DNA from: an uncultured Candidatus Saccharibacteria bacterium
GTDB lineage: Bacteria; Patescibacteriota; Minisyncoccia; Phycocordibacterales; Phycocordibacteraceae
Direction: 5' to 3'
Length of the DNA: 41,552 nucleotides
NCBI GenBank assembly: GCA_964460875.1
Contig: CAYWQN010000003.1
Location: forward strand, 1-41,552
Part shown: in pieces, positions 15,983 through 23,935 of the stretch
Layout: each line of letters starts with the position of its first letter
How positions within the stretch are numbered: the first letter of the stretch is position 1
The notes under the pieces: model-generated
Told to the model about the DNA's origin: nothing
The model's database searches: none
Seen by the model: the letters and a program-made list of their open reading frames with translations, nothing else
Made by a program: the position numbers and the translations under genes

Positions 15983-16225
15983 CTAGACGGTAAGAGTTTC
16001 GTCCACGATCTTGTTTTGCAAGACGTAGATGCGCACGGCGCTCGCAAGACTGGTGTTGTCCGCGTCGGCGCGCTTCTTGCGCAGATGCTCGATTTTCGCA
16101 ACGAGCTCCGGCAGCGATTTCCGTTCCTTCTTGGCGATAGCCTTGAGCTCATTCCAGAACTCGTGTTCCAGCGCAAGGCTGGTGCGGAGGCCTTCGATTC
16201 GCATCGACTGCTTGAGAAGTGACAT
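15983..16225 (-). CDS. Ribbon-helix-helix protein (RHH_4-like)
   Basis: RTSLALEHEFWNELKAIAKKERKSLPELVAKIE…NTSLASAVRIYVL matches my recollection of the PF13467 pattern. AAGGGG SD. Confidence 0.65.
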   Translation of the reverse strand: MSLLKQSMRIEGLRTSLALEHEFWNELKAIAKKERKSLPELVAKIEHLRKKRADADNTSLASAVRIYVLQNKIVDETLTV

Positions 16226-16270
16226 TTCTACCCCTTGTATTCACCCCGGTTGCTTATGGGGGAATAACTA

Positions 16271-16300
16271 ATAATATTACATATATATTATTATTGTCAA
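16271..16300 (-). promoter_or_regulatory. Sigma70-type promoter TTGACA-18-TATTAT (minus strand) for the RHH gene
   Basis: Reverse complement of 16295-16300 is TTGACA and of 16271-16276 is TATTAT. The spacer is AT-rich. Confidence 0.55.
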
Positions 16301-16324
16301 ATATCTGTTGAAATTAATGCCGCG

Positions 16325-16352
16325 AGAAAAGGACGCGTGCGCGTCCTTTTCT
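16325..16352. terminator. 13-nt perfect inverted repeat AGAAAAGGACGCG-TG-CGCGTCCTTTTCT
   Basis: Read directly. T-runs lie on both sides. It closes the tRNA-Glu / tRNA-Ser / spacer unit on the minus strand. Confidence 0.7.
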
Positions 16353-16357
16353 GATTT

Positions 16358-16374
16358 TGCGGAGAAGGTGGGAT
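16358..16374 (-). repeat. 17-nt exact duplicate of the tRNA-Ser 3' end (TGCGGAGAAGGTGGGAT on the + strand)
   Basis: Identical to 16534-16550, which covers the acceptor 3' strand and part of the T-arm of tRNA-Ser. Confidence 0.85.
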
Positions 16375-16535
16375 GTGTCCCGATAAGAATCAGGCACGCA
16401 TCGGTCACGGATAATTTTCTGCTGAAAATTTCCGCGACCCCGCCTCAGCGCCGTCGCGCTTCCGGCTTTCGAATCCCGCACCTTAAGCCCCCGGCTGGAG
16501 TCTTTCCGCAGTTTTTCAACTGCGTTTCAAAACTG

Positions 16536-16622
16536 CGGAGAAGGTGGGATTCGAACCCACGGTACCCTTTCGAGCACACCTGATTTCGAGTCAGGCGCCT
16601 TCGACCACTCAGCCACTTCTCC
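16536..16622 (-). tRNA. tRNA-Ser (anticodon CGA), long variable arm, no encoded CCA
   Basis: Hand-folded cloverleaf: GGAGAAG acceptor, anticodon loop CTCGAAA, T-arm GTGGG-TTCGAAT-CCCAC. 87 nt. Confidence 0.88.
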
Positions 16623-16638
16623 AAGTGCGTTCTTCTTG

Positions 16639-16710
16639 TGACCCCACGGGGAATCGAACCCCGATTTACGCCGTGAAAGGGCGCTGTCCTAACCGTTAGA
16701 CGATAGGGCC
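16639..16710 (-). tRNA. tRNA-Glu (anticodon TTC), no encoded CCA
   Basis: Hand-folded: GGCCCTA acceptor (two G:U pairs), D-arm GTCTAACGGTTAGGAC, anticodon loop CTTTCAC, T-arm CGGGG-TTCGATT-CCCCG. 72 nt. Confidence 0.85.
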
Positions 16711-16831
16711 TTCTGGGGGCGGAAGCCCACTCAGTAGGAAAAACATAGCATAATTCGGCCTAATATAAAGGTCTGCGGTTTTGTCCCTTTGATGAACGCT
16801 TGTAGAAATACCGCATGCTATTCTTCCTTGT

Positions 16832-17401
16832 ATGAAACGCGCACCATTCATGCCAGCTATCGCCGTGCTCGGGCTCATCATACTCGGAGTAGCCGCATAC
16901 TTCTTTCAGAGCGCGCCCACGCTCGAAACGGAATCCCCTACTGCGTCATCTACTGCTACAGTGCCGACCGCGGATGTGAAGACTCCTGCAAAGACGACGA
17001 AGCCTGCAGCGACCCCTTCTACCTCAGCAGCTCCGTCGACTACGGCGCCGACCGCGCAGACGGTATACGTCGCGAAGCTCGCGGTCGGTCCAAAATATCC
17101 GAACGTGAACACGGCACCGCCGGTCGCTGCCGTCTCTCTTACCTTCGCACTTGATTCATATACTCCGCAGAAGAAGGATGCGCCACATGACGACGCATTC
17201 TATAGCGTCGACTACGGGGACGGCACCACAGGCGCGTTCAAGTTCACCGACGTTGTGACGGCAGGCGGCGCCCATGAAGTATGGGCTGCTCCGGATCACA
17301 CCTACCAGACCCCGGGCACGTATACCCTGCGCGCATTCCGCAGCAAAGAAGAGATAGCGCACGCCTCCATAACAGTGTTCGGCGACCACCTCGCCCCGTA
17401 G
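16832..17401 (+). CDS. Membrane-anchored surface protein with Ser/Thr/Pro/Ala-rich linker and PKD-like domain
   Basis: N-terminal TM (AIAVLGLIILGVAAYFF), low-complexity linker, then DYGDGT…HTYQTPGTYTL PKD signature. TGcTATTCT lies 7 nt before the ATG. Confidence 0.7.
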   Translation: MKRAPFMPAIAVLGLIILGVAAYFFQSAPTLETESPTASSTATVPTADVKTPAKTTKPAATPSTSAAPSTTAPTAQTVYVAKLAVGPKYPNVNTAPPVAAVSLTFALDSYTPQKKDAPHDDAFYSVDYGDGTTGAFKFTDVVTAGGAHEVWAAPDHTYQTPGTYTLRAFRSKEEIAHASITVFGDHLAP

Positions 17402-17413
17402 TAGAGAGATACG

Positions 17414-18763
17414 TTAGTCGAGCTTCGTCGTACTGCCCCGATACTGCTCGCCTTTCCTCAAAGTTCCGATTTCCATCTCTTCGATTCTGATGACTTTGCC
17501 GTTCGGCAAGGTACGGTCATGCGCGCGACGCTTGTGAGGAATCGGCGCTTTTCGGCGCTTCAATTCCCGCTGCAGTACCTTGACCACTTCCGCGCTACCA
17601 AGACCCATGCTCGCGCCTTCGACGAGAAGCACTTCTTCCGGGTCAGTGGGGCCGCGCGGCTCAGCCGGAAGGGGCTCCTCCCCAGTTCCTTCTCCACCAG
17701 CTCCCGGGGCGCGCGCAGACAAGTACGTGCATGTTCCGGCGATGACCTTGCGGATCATGTTCAACGTCTCATGGGCATTGGGGTCCAAGATAGGTTCGTC
17801 GATGTCGATGGCATCGAGCAAGCTGAACGTTGACGTCTTATAGCTTCCTTTCGGAACATCGAAAAAACTCTGCGCCTTTTTCTCTTCCGTCCACTGCTCA
17901 GGGGCGTGGTTCGGGCTTTCTGTCATTCTCTTGCTCATAGAAGCAATAAGCTCTATGGCGCGGGAATACTGCTTTTCTCCTTTTGCGGCCTCCTCGAGCA
18001 TTTCCCGAGCGCTTTTCGAAAAAGATTCGCGCGCAATGAACGGGTGCTGCGAAAGGAGCGGAACCACCCAAATTTTAGACTTCCCATCAATAATGCCATT
18101 CATGACAATGAGGCTTTGGGCGCACGTCAGTGCCTCACTCACGTGACTGTCCTGGTGCGCAAGCGGTATAGGCGACGCAAGCTCGATAACGAATGTGCCG
18201 TGCGGCATCAGTGCATCACTCCAGAGGGCCTTCGAATAATCGAGATCGAGAAGCGTCTTCTGCATCTCCGGCGTCGTCGCATATACCTTCCGCGACCACG
18301 ACAACAGGGCGGGCGGAAGGGTGTAGTCGTGGGTCGCGGTCAAGGGTACGGAATCAATGAGCGGGTTATCGTATTTTCTCCGCCCCTTTTTGACCTTCTC
18401 AGTTAGCTGGGAGGGCATAGCTGCCTCGAGTTTCCTCATCGTCGCGATACTTGGTGCGAAATCCGTGTATTCCCATGGCCTATCCGGGCTGCCCTGGTTA
18501 GCGATGAGCTTGCGTAAATTTTTCCATCGTGAGAACTCAGCGACCTCGGCATTCGTAAGGCGTTTTTCCTTCTGGTACTTAATTGCAATCGCGGTCAGTT
18601 CGCGCCGCTCGTCCTCATAGCCCGTAAGCGCTATACGAAGCATCTCGCTGGCCCAGCTGCCGGGCTTCTTGAAATCCTCGCGACGGGAAATCTTCGGCTC
18701 CTCGTTCAAGGCGCGCTCTACTTTGCTGACGCCAGCGCCTTCGATTCCTTTCGGACCATTCAT
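17414..18763 (-). CDS. Large orphan protein (449 aa from MNGPKG), no recognised domain
   Basis: Long ORF with natural composition. Gly/Pro/Glu-rich linker, then a basic tail (KRRKAPIPHKRRAHDRTLPNGKVIRIEEMEIG). Track start 18853 is TTG, so ATG 18763 is preferred. The start is uncertain. Confidence 0.6.
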   Translation of the reverse strand: MNGPKGIEGAGVSKVERALNEEPKISRREDFKKPGSWASEMLRIALTGYEDERRELTAIAIKYQKEKRLTNAEVAEFSRWKNLRKLIANQGSPDRPWEYTDFAPSIATMRKLEAAMPSQLTEKVKKGRRKYDNPLIDSVPLTATHDYTLPPALLSWSRKVYATTPEMQKTLLDLDYSKALWSDALMPHGTFVIELASPIPLAHQDSHVSEALTCAQSLIVMNGIIDGKSKIWVVPLLSQHPFIARESFSKSAREMLEEAAKGEKQYSRAIELIASMSKRMTESPNHAPEQWTEEKKAQSFFDVPKGSYKTSTFSLLDAIDIDEPILDPNAHETLNMIRKVIAGTCTYLSARAPGAGGEGTGEEPLPAEPRGPTDPEEVLLVEGASMGLGSAEVVKVLQRELKRRKAPIPHKRRAHDRTLPNGKVIRIEEMEIGTLRKGEQYRGSTTKLD

Positions 18764-18855
18764 GCGCGCATGATGACGTACTGAATACGTTATGCAAGGA
18801 AATGCTGTGGACTGCTTTACTCCCTCTTCCCTTTCCCGTATCGTTATACACAATC

Positions 18856-19617
18856 ATGCCCCGCCCGAAAAAAGCCGCCGATAAGGCGTACATATACGGC
18901 AAGAACGCCCTCATCGAAGCCCTGGAGAACGCACCCCAGGTCATAAAGCGCGTGCATCTTTCTCCTGAAATAAAGGACGAGCGCCTTTCGGCCGCCCTCA
19001 AGGCTGCGAACATCTCCGTACAGATAATGGACGCCAAAGAGGCTGGTCGCACCGTGGGTGACGATAAGACGCACCAGGGCGTCATCGCCGTCGTTGATGT
19101 CTCCACGCTCACCCTTCCCTTCGACACCTTTATAAAGAAGCTTTCTCCTGCGGCCGGCACCGCGCTTGCGGTATTAGGAGAGGTGCAGGATCCGCACAAT
19201 GTCGGTGCCATCATCCGCTCTGCGGCCGCCTTCGGGTTCGCCGGCGTCCTCATCCCAGAGCATCACCAGGCTCAGGTCACCGGGACGGTCGTGAAGACTT
19301 CGGCCGGCATGGCGTTCCGCATTCCGCTCGTTTCCATCGGGAACGTCAACGACACCCTGCGCAAACTCAAAGAAAAAGGGTTCTGGATCTACGGACTTTC
19401 GATGCAGGGCAATCCGCTCGCGGCAGAAAAATTCGATGCGCCCGCAGCGTTCGTGCTTGGGAACGAAGGCGCAGGAATTCGCGAGAAGACCGCAGAGGCA
19501 TGCGACATCATGCTTTCTATCCCCATGCACCCGCGCTGCGAATCATTGAACGTGTCCGTCTCAGCCGGTGTCGTCTTCAATGCGTGGGCTGCGCAGCACC
19601 CTGACTCGCTCGTATGA
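18856..19617 (+). CDS. SpoU/TrmH-family RNA 2'-O-methyltransferase (RlmB-like)
   Basis: GEVQDPHNVGAIIRSAAAFG, VLGNEGAGIR, IPMHPRCESLNVSVSAGV motifs. Has an N-terminal substrate-binding-like extension. Confidence 0.85.
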   Translation: MPRPKKAADKAYIYGKNALIEALENAPQVIKRVHLSPEIKDERLSAALKAANISVQIMDAKEAGRTVGDDKTHQGVIAVVDVSTLTLPFDTFIKKLSPAAGTALAVLGEVQDPHNVGAIIRSAAAFGFAGVLIPEHHQAQVTGTVVKTSAGMAFRIPLVSIGNVNDTLRKLKEKGFWIYGLSMQGNPLAAEKFDAPAAFVLGNEGAGIREKTAEACDIMLSIPMHPRCESLNVSVSAGVVFNAWAAQHPDSLV

Positions 19618-20474
19618 ACGAGACGCATCTTTCGATAGGAGATTTTGAAGGCTACGAGCTTCTCGACTCGGGCGATCACATGAAGCTCGAGCGCTTCGGC
19701 GCGTATACGCTCGCCCGTCCTGACACTCAGGCCATATGGAAGAAAGCGAGACCGGAGCTCTGGGAAACCGCAGACGCCGCGTTCGCGTGGGAGGGCGGCA
19801 AGGGCGCCTGGCAGACGCGTACTACCATCCCCGAATCATGGGATGTTCCGTATGGAAGTCAGAAATTCATAGCGAAGCTCGGAAACTTCAAGCACACCGG
19901 CATCTTCCCCGAACAGGAGCCGAACTGGGCGTGGAGCACCGAAAAAATCCGCGCACTCCGAAAGCCTGAAGTGCTTAACCTCTTCGGATACACTGGTGCC
20001 GCGTCTGTGGTCGCGGCTGCGGCAGGTGCCGCGGTCACCCACGTCGATTCCTCAAAAGCGAGCGTGAACTGGTGCAAGGACAATGCCGTACGTTCCGGCC
20101 TCGCAGAAGACGCAATACGCCTCATCGTCGAGGACGCGCGCAAATACGCGAAGCGCGAAGAAAAGCGAGGCGCAACCTACGACGGCATCATCCTCGACCC
20201 GCCGGCGTTCGGCCGCGGCGCAAAAGACGAAGTGTGGAAAATAGAAGAAGACCTGCTTCCGCTCCTTGAGACCCTCGCGAAGCTCCTCTCGCCGAACCCG
20301 GGCTCCTTCTTCCTCTTGAACGGCTATGCAGCCGGCTATTCTCCGCTTTCCTTCAAGCAGCTCGTGGAGAGCGTCTTTCCTGACGCATCCATCGAATTCG
20401 GCGAATTGCGTCTTTCTGAAAAAGATTCCGCTCGCTCTATCCCCGAAGGCATGTACGCCCGTTTCTCCCGCTAG
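19614..20474 (+). CDS. Class I SAM-dependent RNA methyltransferase (PF10672-like, RlmI/YccW-related)
   Basis: ELLDSGDHMKLERFG, VLNLFGYTGAAS, DGIILDPPAFGRG. ATGA start/stop overlap with the preceding gene. Confidence 0.75.
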   Translation: MNETHLSIGDFEGYELLDSGDHMKLERFGAYTLARPDTQAIWKKARPELWETADAAFAWEGGKGAWQTRTTIPESWDVPYGSQKFIAKLGNFKHTGIFPEQEPNWAWSTEKIRALRKPEVLNLFGYTGAASVVAAAAGAAVTHVDSSKASVNWCKDNAVRSGLAEDAIRLIVEDARKYAKREEKRGATYDGIILDPPAFGRGAKDEVWKIEEDLLPLLETLAKLLSPNPGSFFLLNGYAAGYSPLSFKQLVESVFPDASIEFGELRLSEKDSARSIPEGMYARFSR

Positions 20475-20585
20475 AACTGAGCCTGCCAATTCTGTCTTCC
20501 TTGCATTAAACTCCAGGCTGCATAATACAACGTCTGATATACAAAATTGTATCATATGAACTTTTTTGTATATGCGTGCACGCGC

Positions 20586-20621
20586 AAAAACGAAAACGGC
20601 CCCGAGGTTTCCCTCGGGGCC
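20586..20621 (-). terminator. Rho-independent terminator GGCCCCGAGG-GAAA-CCTCGGGGCC + GTTTTCGTTTTTG (minus strand)
   Basis: 10-bp perfect stem and U-tract downstream of the M1 peptidase stop. Confidence 0.85.
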
Positions 20622-20646
20622 GCCGTTGTTCGGAGCGAAGCGCGGC

Positions 20647-22434
20647 TTACGCCGTCTTCGCCAGCAACTCCCCGACCCCGCGCTGCCCTACCGGATGGTA
20701 GCCATCGCGCGCTTCTGCAAAGATTGCTTCAGCAGCATCTGTGCGCCCGCGCGTGATGAGCGCCCGATAGAGCGGCATGAGGTAGAGCGTCCTGCCGAAC
20801 GTAAGCAGGAACGAGCGGACCTGCGCGAGATGGCGGTCCACGGGGCAGTGCTCGTTCTCGAGCGCCGCGCGCAGGAACTCGAATCGCAGCATGCCGTTTC
20901 CGGACGTGCTGAATCCGTGCTCCTGGTTGAGCATCGAGAGCGTTTGTTCGGGGACCTCGCGCGAGAGCTTGGAAAGATAGAGCATCCACTCCGCAGCCCG
21001 CCATGCGCCCGTTGTGCCGGGCGCCGGCAGCTCACCCTCTGTCGCGAGCCGTTCGATGCCCCGGACGGTGTCCGAACCGATTTCCGGCATGTGGGCCGGA
21101 AGGCCCGGGTCGAACACCCAGGCGTTTGTGCCGACTGCATCAAGCACGTCCTGGCCAAGCTTCTCCGACGCGAACCGGAGGAACTCGTCCGTCCTGATGG
21201 ACGTGTAGCGGTACGACGCGATGTAGTCGTTCAGGAACTGCATCATCGCATCGCGGCCCACAATCAGCATGAGCGTCCATAGCAAGAGAGCGCCCTTCAC
21301 GTACGGGACCCGGCTGAACGAGTCATCCGGATCCTCGCCTGCAATGTTGGTTTTCAGGCACGTGTACCCAGGCTTTCCGAGCCTGAGGAAGTTGTCGTTG
21401 GCGACCCGGTATTCTGCCACCGAGAGCGCCATCTGCATGTGCATTTGTTCGTCGCCGAGCGCTTCGCGTATGAGCGCCCATTCGCCGAAGGTCGTCACCC
21501 CTTCGTTCAGCCAGAAGTCTTCCCAGCTGCCGTTGGTGATGAGATTGCCGAACCACGAGTGCATGAGCTCGTGGATAGTGACGCGGATAGCCGCTATAGG
21601 GTCATCGATGAGCATCCGGTTCATGCTGGTAAGGCGTGGATGCTCCATGGCCCCGAACGGGAACCCGCGTTTCGGCAGGACGATGGTGTCGTACTTGCCC
21701 CACAGATACGGTCCGAAGAGCTTCTCTGCGCAGACAAGGACGTGCGGCGTACGCGCGAGCGCGGCGGCCGCTTTCTCGATATCACGCGGATTCGCCCAGA
21801 CGCCGGAGCGCCCGTCGAACGCGTGATAGACGAAGTCTCCGATATTGATGGAGACCAGGTACAAAGGCAGAGGAATCGTCGATTCCCATGCCTCGATCGC
21901 GTCGTCGCCGTCGACGGTGCGATCCTTGAAGTCGGCGCCTATGAGGCCGCGGAGCGCTTTGGGCACTCGGATCGTGGCGCTAAACGTGAAGCGCACGCTC
22001 GGAGCGTCCGGCAGGATGAGCAACGAACGACCGTTGATAGCCTCATTCTGCGTATAGACGACCGGGTAGTCGCTGTCGGCCTGAAGCGGCGTGGTCCATT
22101 GGATGGCCTTCGCGTCGGGACTCGTCCGGAAGACGAGACGTACGATGCGATCCTCCGGAACCACGACCATGAAGCGGGAACCGAGGCTCCCGTTCGCCTC
22201 GCCCATCGAGTACGGCAGGGTGCCCCCTTCGCTGTCGTAAGCGTAGAGGATCTTCTGTCCGTTTGCATCGAGATAGACAAGACCGGCTTTGTCGAACGTG
22301 GTCGTCTGATCGACGAGGAATGTCTTGCTGTCGAAGTCCGGTGCGACCGAGAAATCGACGTGGGTTGGCAGGGGCTGCCCCTGCAGGTGGCAGGTATGCG
22401 GGTCTGTCGTAGCCGCATCTGGTTTCAAGCGCAT
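20647..22434 (-). CDS. M1-family zinc aminopeptidase (leukotriene A4 hydrolase-like)
   Basis: GAMEHP exopeptidase motif, HELMHSWFGN-x18-WLNEG zinc site, LTA4H-type C-terminal helical domain. AAGGAGGAAG SD. Confidence 0.9.
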   Translation of the reverse strand: MRLKPDAATTDPHTCHLQGQPLPTHVDFSVAPDFDSKTFLVDQTTTFDKAGLVYLDANGQKILYAYDSEGGTLPYSMGEANGSLGSRFMVVVPEDRIVRLVFRTSPDAKAIQWTTPLQADSDYPVVYTQNEAINGRSLLILPDAPSVRFTFSATIRVPKALRGLIGADFKDRTVDGDDAIEAWESTIPLPLYLVSINIGDFVYHAFDGRSGVWANPRDIEKAAAALARTPHVLVCAEKLFGPYLWGKYDTIVLPKRGFPFGAMEHPRLTSMNRMLIDDPIAAIRVTIHELMHSWFGNLITNGSWEDFWLNEGVTTFGEWALIREALGDEQMHMQMALSVAEYRVANDNFLRLGKPGYTCLKTNIAGEDPDDSFSRVPYVKGALLLWTLMLIVGRDAMMQFLNDYIASYRYTSIRTDEFLRFASEKLGQDVLDAVGTNAWVFDPGLPAHMPEIGSDTVRGIERLATEGELPAPGTTGAWRAAEWMLYLSKLSREVPEQTLSMLNQEHGFSTSGNGMLRFEFLRAALENEHCPVDRHLAQVRSFLLTFGRTLYLMPLYRALITRGRTDAAEAIFAEARDGYHPVGQRGVGELLAKTA

Positions 22435-22544
22435 TCTCTTCCTCCTTGGGTCGTAGAGTTGATTCCGATGTAAATAACAACACCAGCGAAGCTGGCGGAC
22501 CCAGGATTACCCTACTCTTCGAGAAGACCCTCGTAAAGGAACGA

Positions 22545-22570
22545 GAAAACCGCCCTCTTGGGCGGTTTTC
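22545..22570. terminator. Hairpin GAAAACCGCCC-TCTT-GGGCGGTTTTC
   Basis: 11-bp stem with T-runs on both strands, downstream of the DoxX gene. Confidence 0.75.
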
Positions 22571-22588
22571 TTCGATCGCACGTTCTCC

Positions 22589-23026
22589 TTACGATTTCAT
22601 CAGTCCTTGCGGCAAGGGACAGGCCTTCACCGCTATCTTTTGCGCGCCGTAGACGGACATATAGAAGAGTCCGGCGACGAGGTTCAGATGAGAGACCAGC
22701 ATACCTATCTTCATCGGGTCCGAGATGTCGCGATAGAAGAAGAATATGAGCACGAGAGTGAAGAGCATGAGCAGGAACGCCATAAGACGCGTATTCCAGC
22801 CGATGATGAGAGATACGCCCGCGACTACCTCGAGGATGAACGCGAGGAAAACGGCAACCATCGCAAACGGTATGCCGGCTGCGGCCGACATCGCGACTTC
22901 ATTCGTGAATCCCGACGTTCCGGGAATTTTGAACGCAGCGCCCATGAGAAACGCGCCCGCGATAAGCACGCGGCCGATAACGGGAGCCCAGGTCTCATAC
23001 GCACGGGTTTGGAATGGTAGTGCCAT
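22589..23026 (-). CDS. DoxX-family membrane protein
   Basis: Four predicted TM helices and the RVLIAGAFLMGAAFK… pattern typical of DoxX. Confidence 0.7.
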   Translation of the reverse strand: MALPFQTRAYETWAPVIGRVLIAGAFLMGAAFKIPGTSGFTNEVAMSAAAGIPFAMVAVFLAFILEVVAGVSLIIGWNTRLMAFLLMLFTLVLIFFFYRDISDPMKIGMLVSHLNLVAGLFYMSVYGAQKIAVKACPLPQGLMKS

Positions 23027-23053
23027 ACAGAATTTGGTTAGTACCCGGTAATC

Positions 23054-23536
23054 TTACCCCACAATAGCAGCGAACTTGTCGAGCTGGGAATTCCAACCGA
23101 GCTCGGCATTTCCTGCCATCTCGGGTGGATGCCCTTCATGCACGATGGTAACTTTAGTTTTGCCGCCCAGGTCCTCAAAGGTAGTCGTGACGAGCATCTC
23201 ATCTGGCCACTCTCCTGGCATGCCGACAGCCGAAGCATTGACGTAGTTGCCCTCGGCATCCGCAAAGTGATCCATCGCGACTATTTTCTGCATCGGGACT
23301 ATTTCTTTAAATGTTCCTCCGCTCCAAAAATCTTGCTCGGGAAGTCCCGGTCCCATAGCTCCGCGCATGCAGTACAGAAATTTACCGCCTTCACGAAGGT
23401 CAATTTCTGCGACGGGGCACGTAAAATGTTCTGGACCCCACCATTTTTTAATCTCTTCCGGCTCGGTCCACGCGCTCCATACCCGTTCGACTGGAGCATT
23501 AAAGGTGCGTTCGATAATGATGGTTTTTGTTTCCAT
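23054..23536 (-). CDS. SRPBCC / AHSA1-like domain protein
   Basis: IIIERTFNAPVERVWSAWTEPEEIKKWWGP is the typical N-terminus of this family. It sits in the common ArsR-SRPBCC pairing. Confidence 0.8.
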   Translation of the reverse strand: METKTIIIERTFNAPVERVWSAWTEPEEIKKWWGPEHFTCPVAEIDLREGGKFLYCMRGAMGPGLPEQDFWSGGTFKEIVPMQKIVAMDHFADAEGNYVNASAVGMPGEWPDEMLVTTTFEDLGGKTKVTIVHEGHPPEMAGNAELGWNSQLDKFAAIVG

Positions 23537-23537
23537 G

Positions 23538-23867
23538 CTATTTCTCTTTATGATTCGTAAGATGCGCCCCGAGCCGGTCGAACCGGTCTCCCCACATGCG
23601 CTCCATCGTCAAGAACCACGACATCCCGCTCGCGAGCGCCTCCGGGTTCATCGCGATGAAGTTCACCCGCCCCTCTTTGCTTGAAACCACGAGACCGCTC
23701 TTTTCGAGCACGTCCACATGGTTCATCACGGCAGGAAGCGAGATGGGAAATGGCTTTGCAAGCTGCGACAACGGAATGCGGCCCGCGCGCGCCAGCCGCT
23801 CGGCTATCTGCCTGCGTACCGGGTTCGCGAGCGCTGCGAATATCTCGTCTGCGTCATACTTAACCAT
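23538..23867 (-). CDS. ArsR/SmtB-family transcriptional regulator
   Basis: FAALANPVRRQIAERLA…LSQLAKPFPISLPAVMNHVDVLEKSGLV winged-HTH. ATG 23867 lies 7 nt after TATACT on the minus strand. Confidence 0.85.
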   Translation of the reverse strand: MVKYDADEIFAALANPVRRQIAERLARAGRIPLSQLAKPFPISLPAVMNHVDVLEKSGLVVSSKEGRVNFIAMNPEALASGMSWFLTMERMWGDRFDRLGAHLTNHKEK

Positions 23868-23935
23868 ATATTTAAGTATATACCCCTCCCTTGAAAGCAC
23901 AATGAAGAAGGGGCGGTCGGTGATAAACTTGCCGG

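Noticed and set aside
16450-16470. GCCGTCGCGCTTCCGGCTTTC as another copy of the intergenic repeat (it resembles GCCGTCGCTTCCGCCTTC of copy C).
   Set aside because: The similarity spans only about 20 nt, needs a gap, and has no CCCCAT/ATGGGG hairpin. It could be chance in GC-rich DNA.
16353-16535. The spacer after tRNA-Ser as SRP (4.5S) or 6S RNA.
   Set aside because: A CCGGAAGC segment on the minus strand superficially recalls the SRP GGAA tetraloop, but the closing pairs and the flanking AGGUCAGG/AGCAGC motifs are absent. I could not find end-to-end pairing typical of 6S RNA. The region is kept only as an unknown structured region.
16308-16583. 91-aa + strand ORF in the tRNA-Ser downstream spacer.
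   Set aside because: It reads through a perfect terminator palindrome and into the tRNA-Ser gene, so it is not credible as coding.
16832-17401. The PKD-domain protein as a diversity-generating retroelement target.
   Set aside because: No reverse transcriptase and no template/variable repeat pair is detectable in the window.
23866-23882. ATATA-TTTAAG-TATAT as an ArsR operator at the arsR start.
   Set aside because: It has only 5-bp AT-only arms that overlap the -10 box, which is too weak to call from sequence alone.
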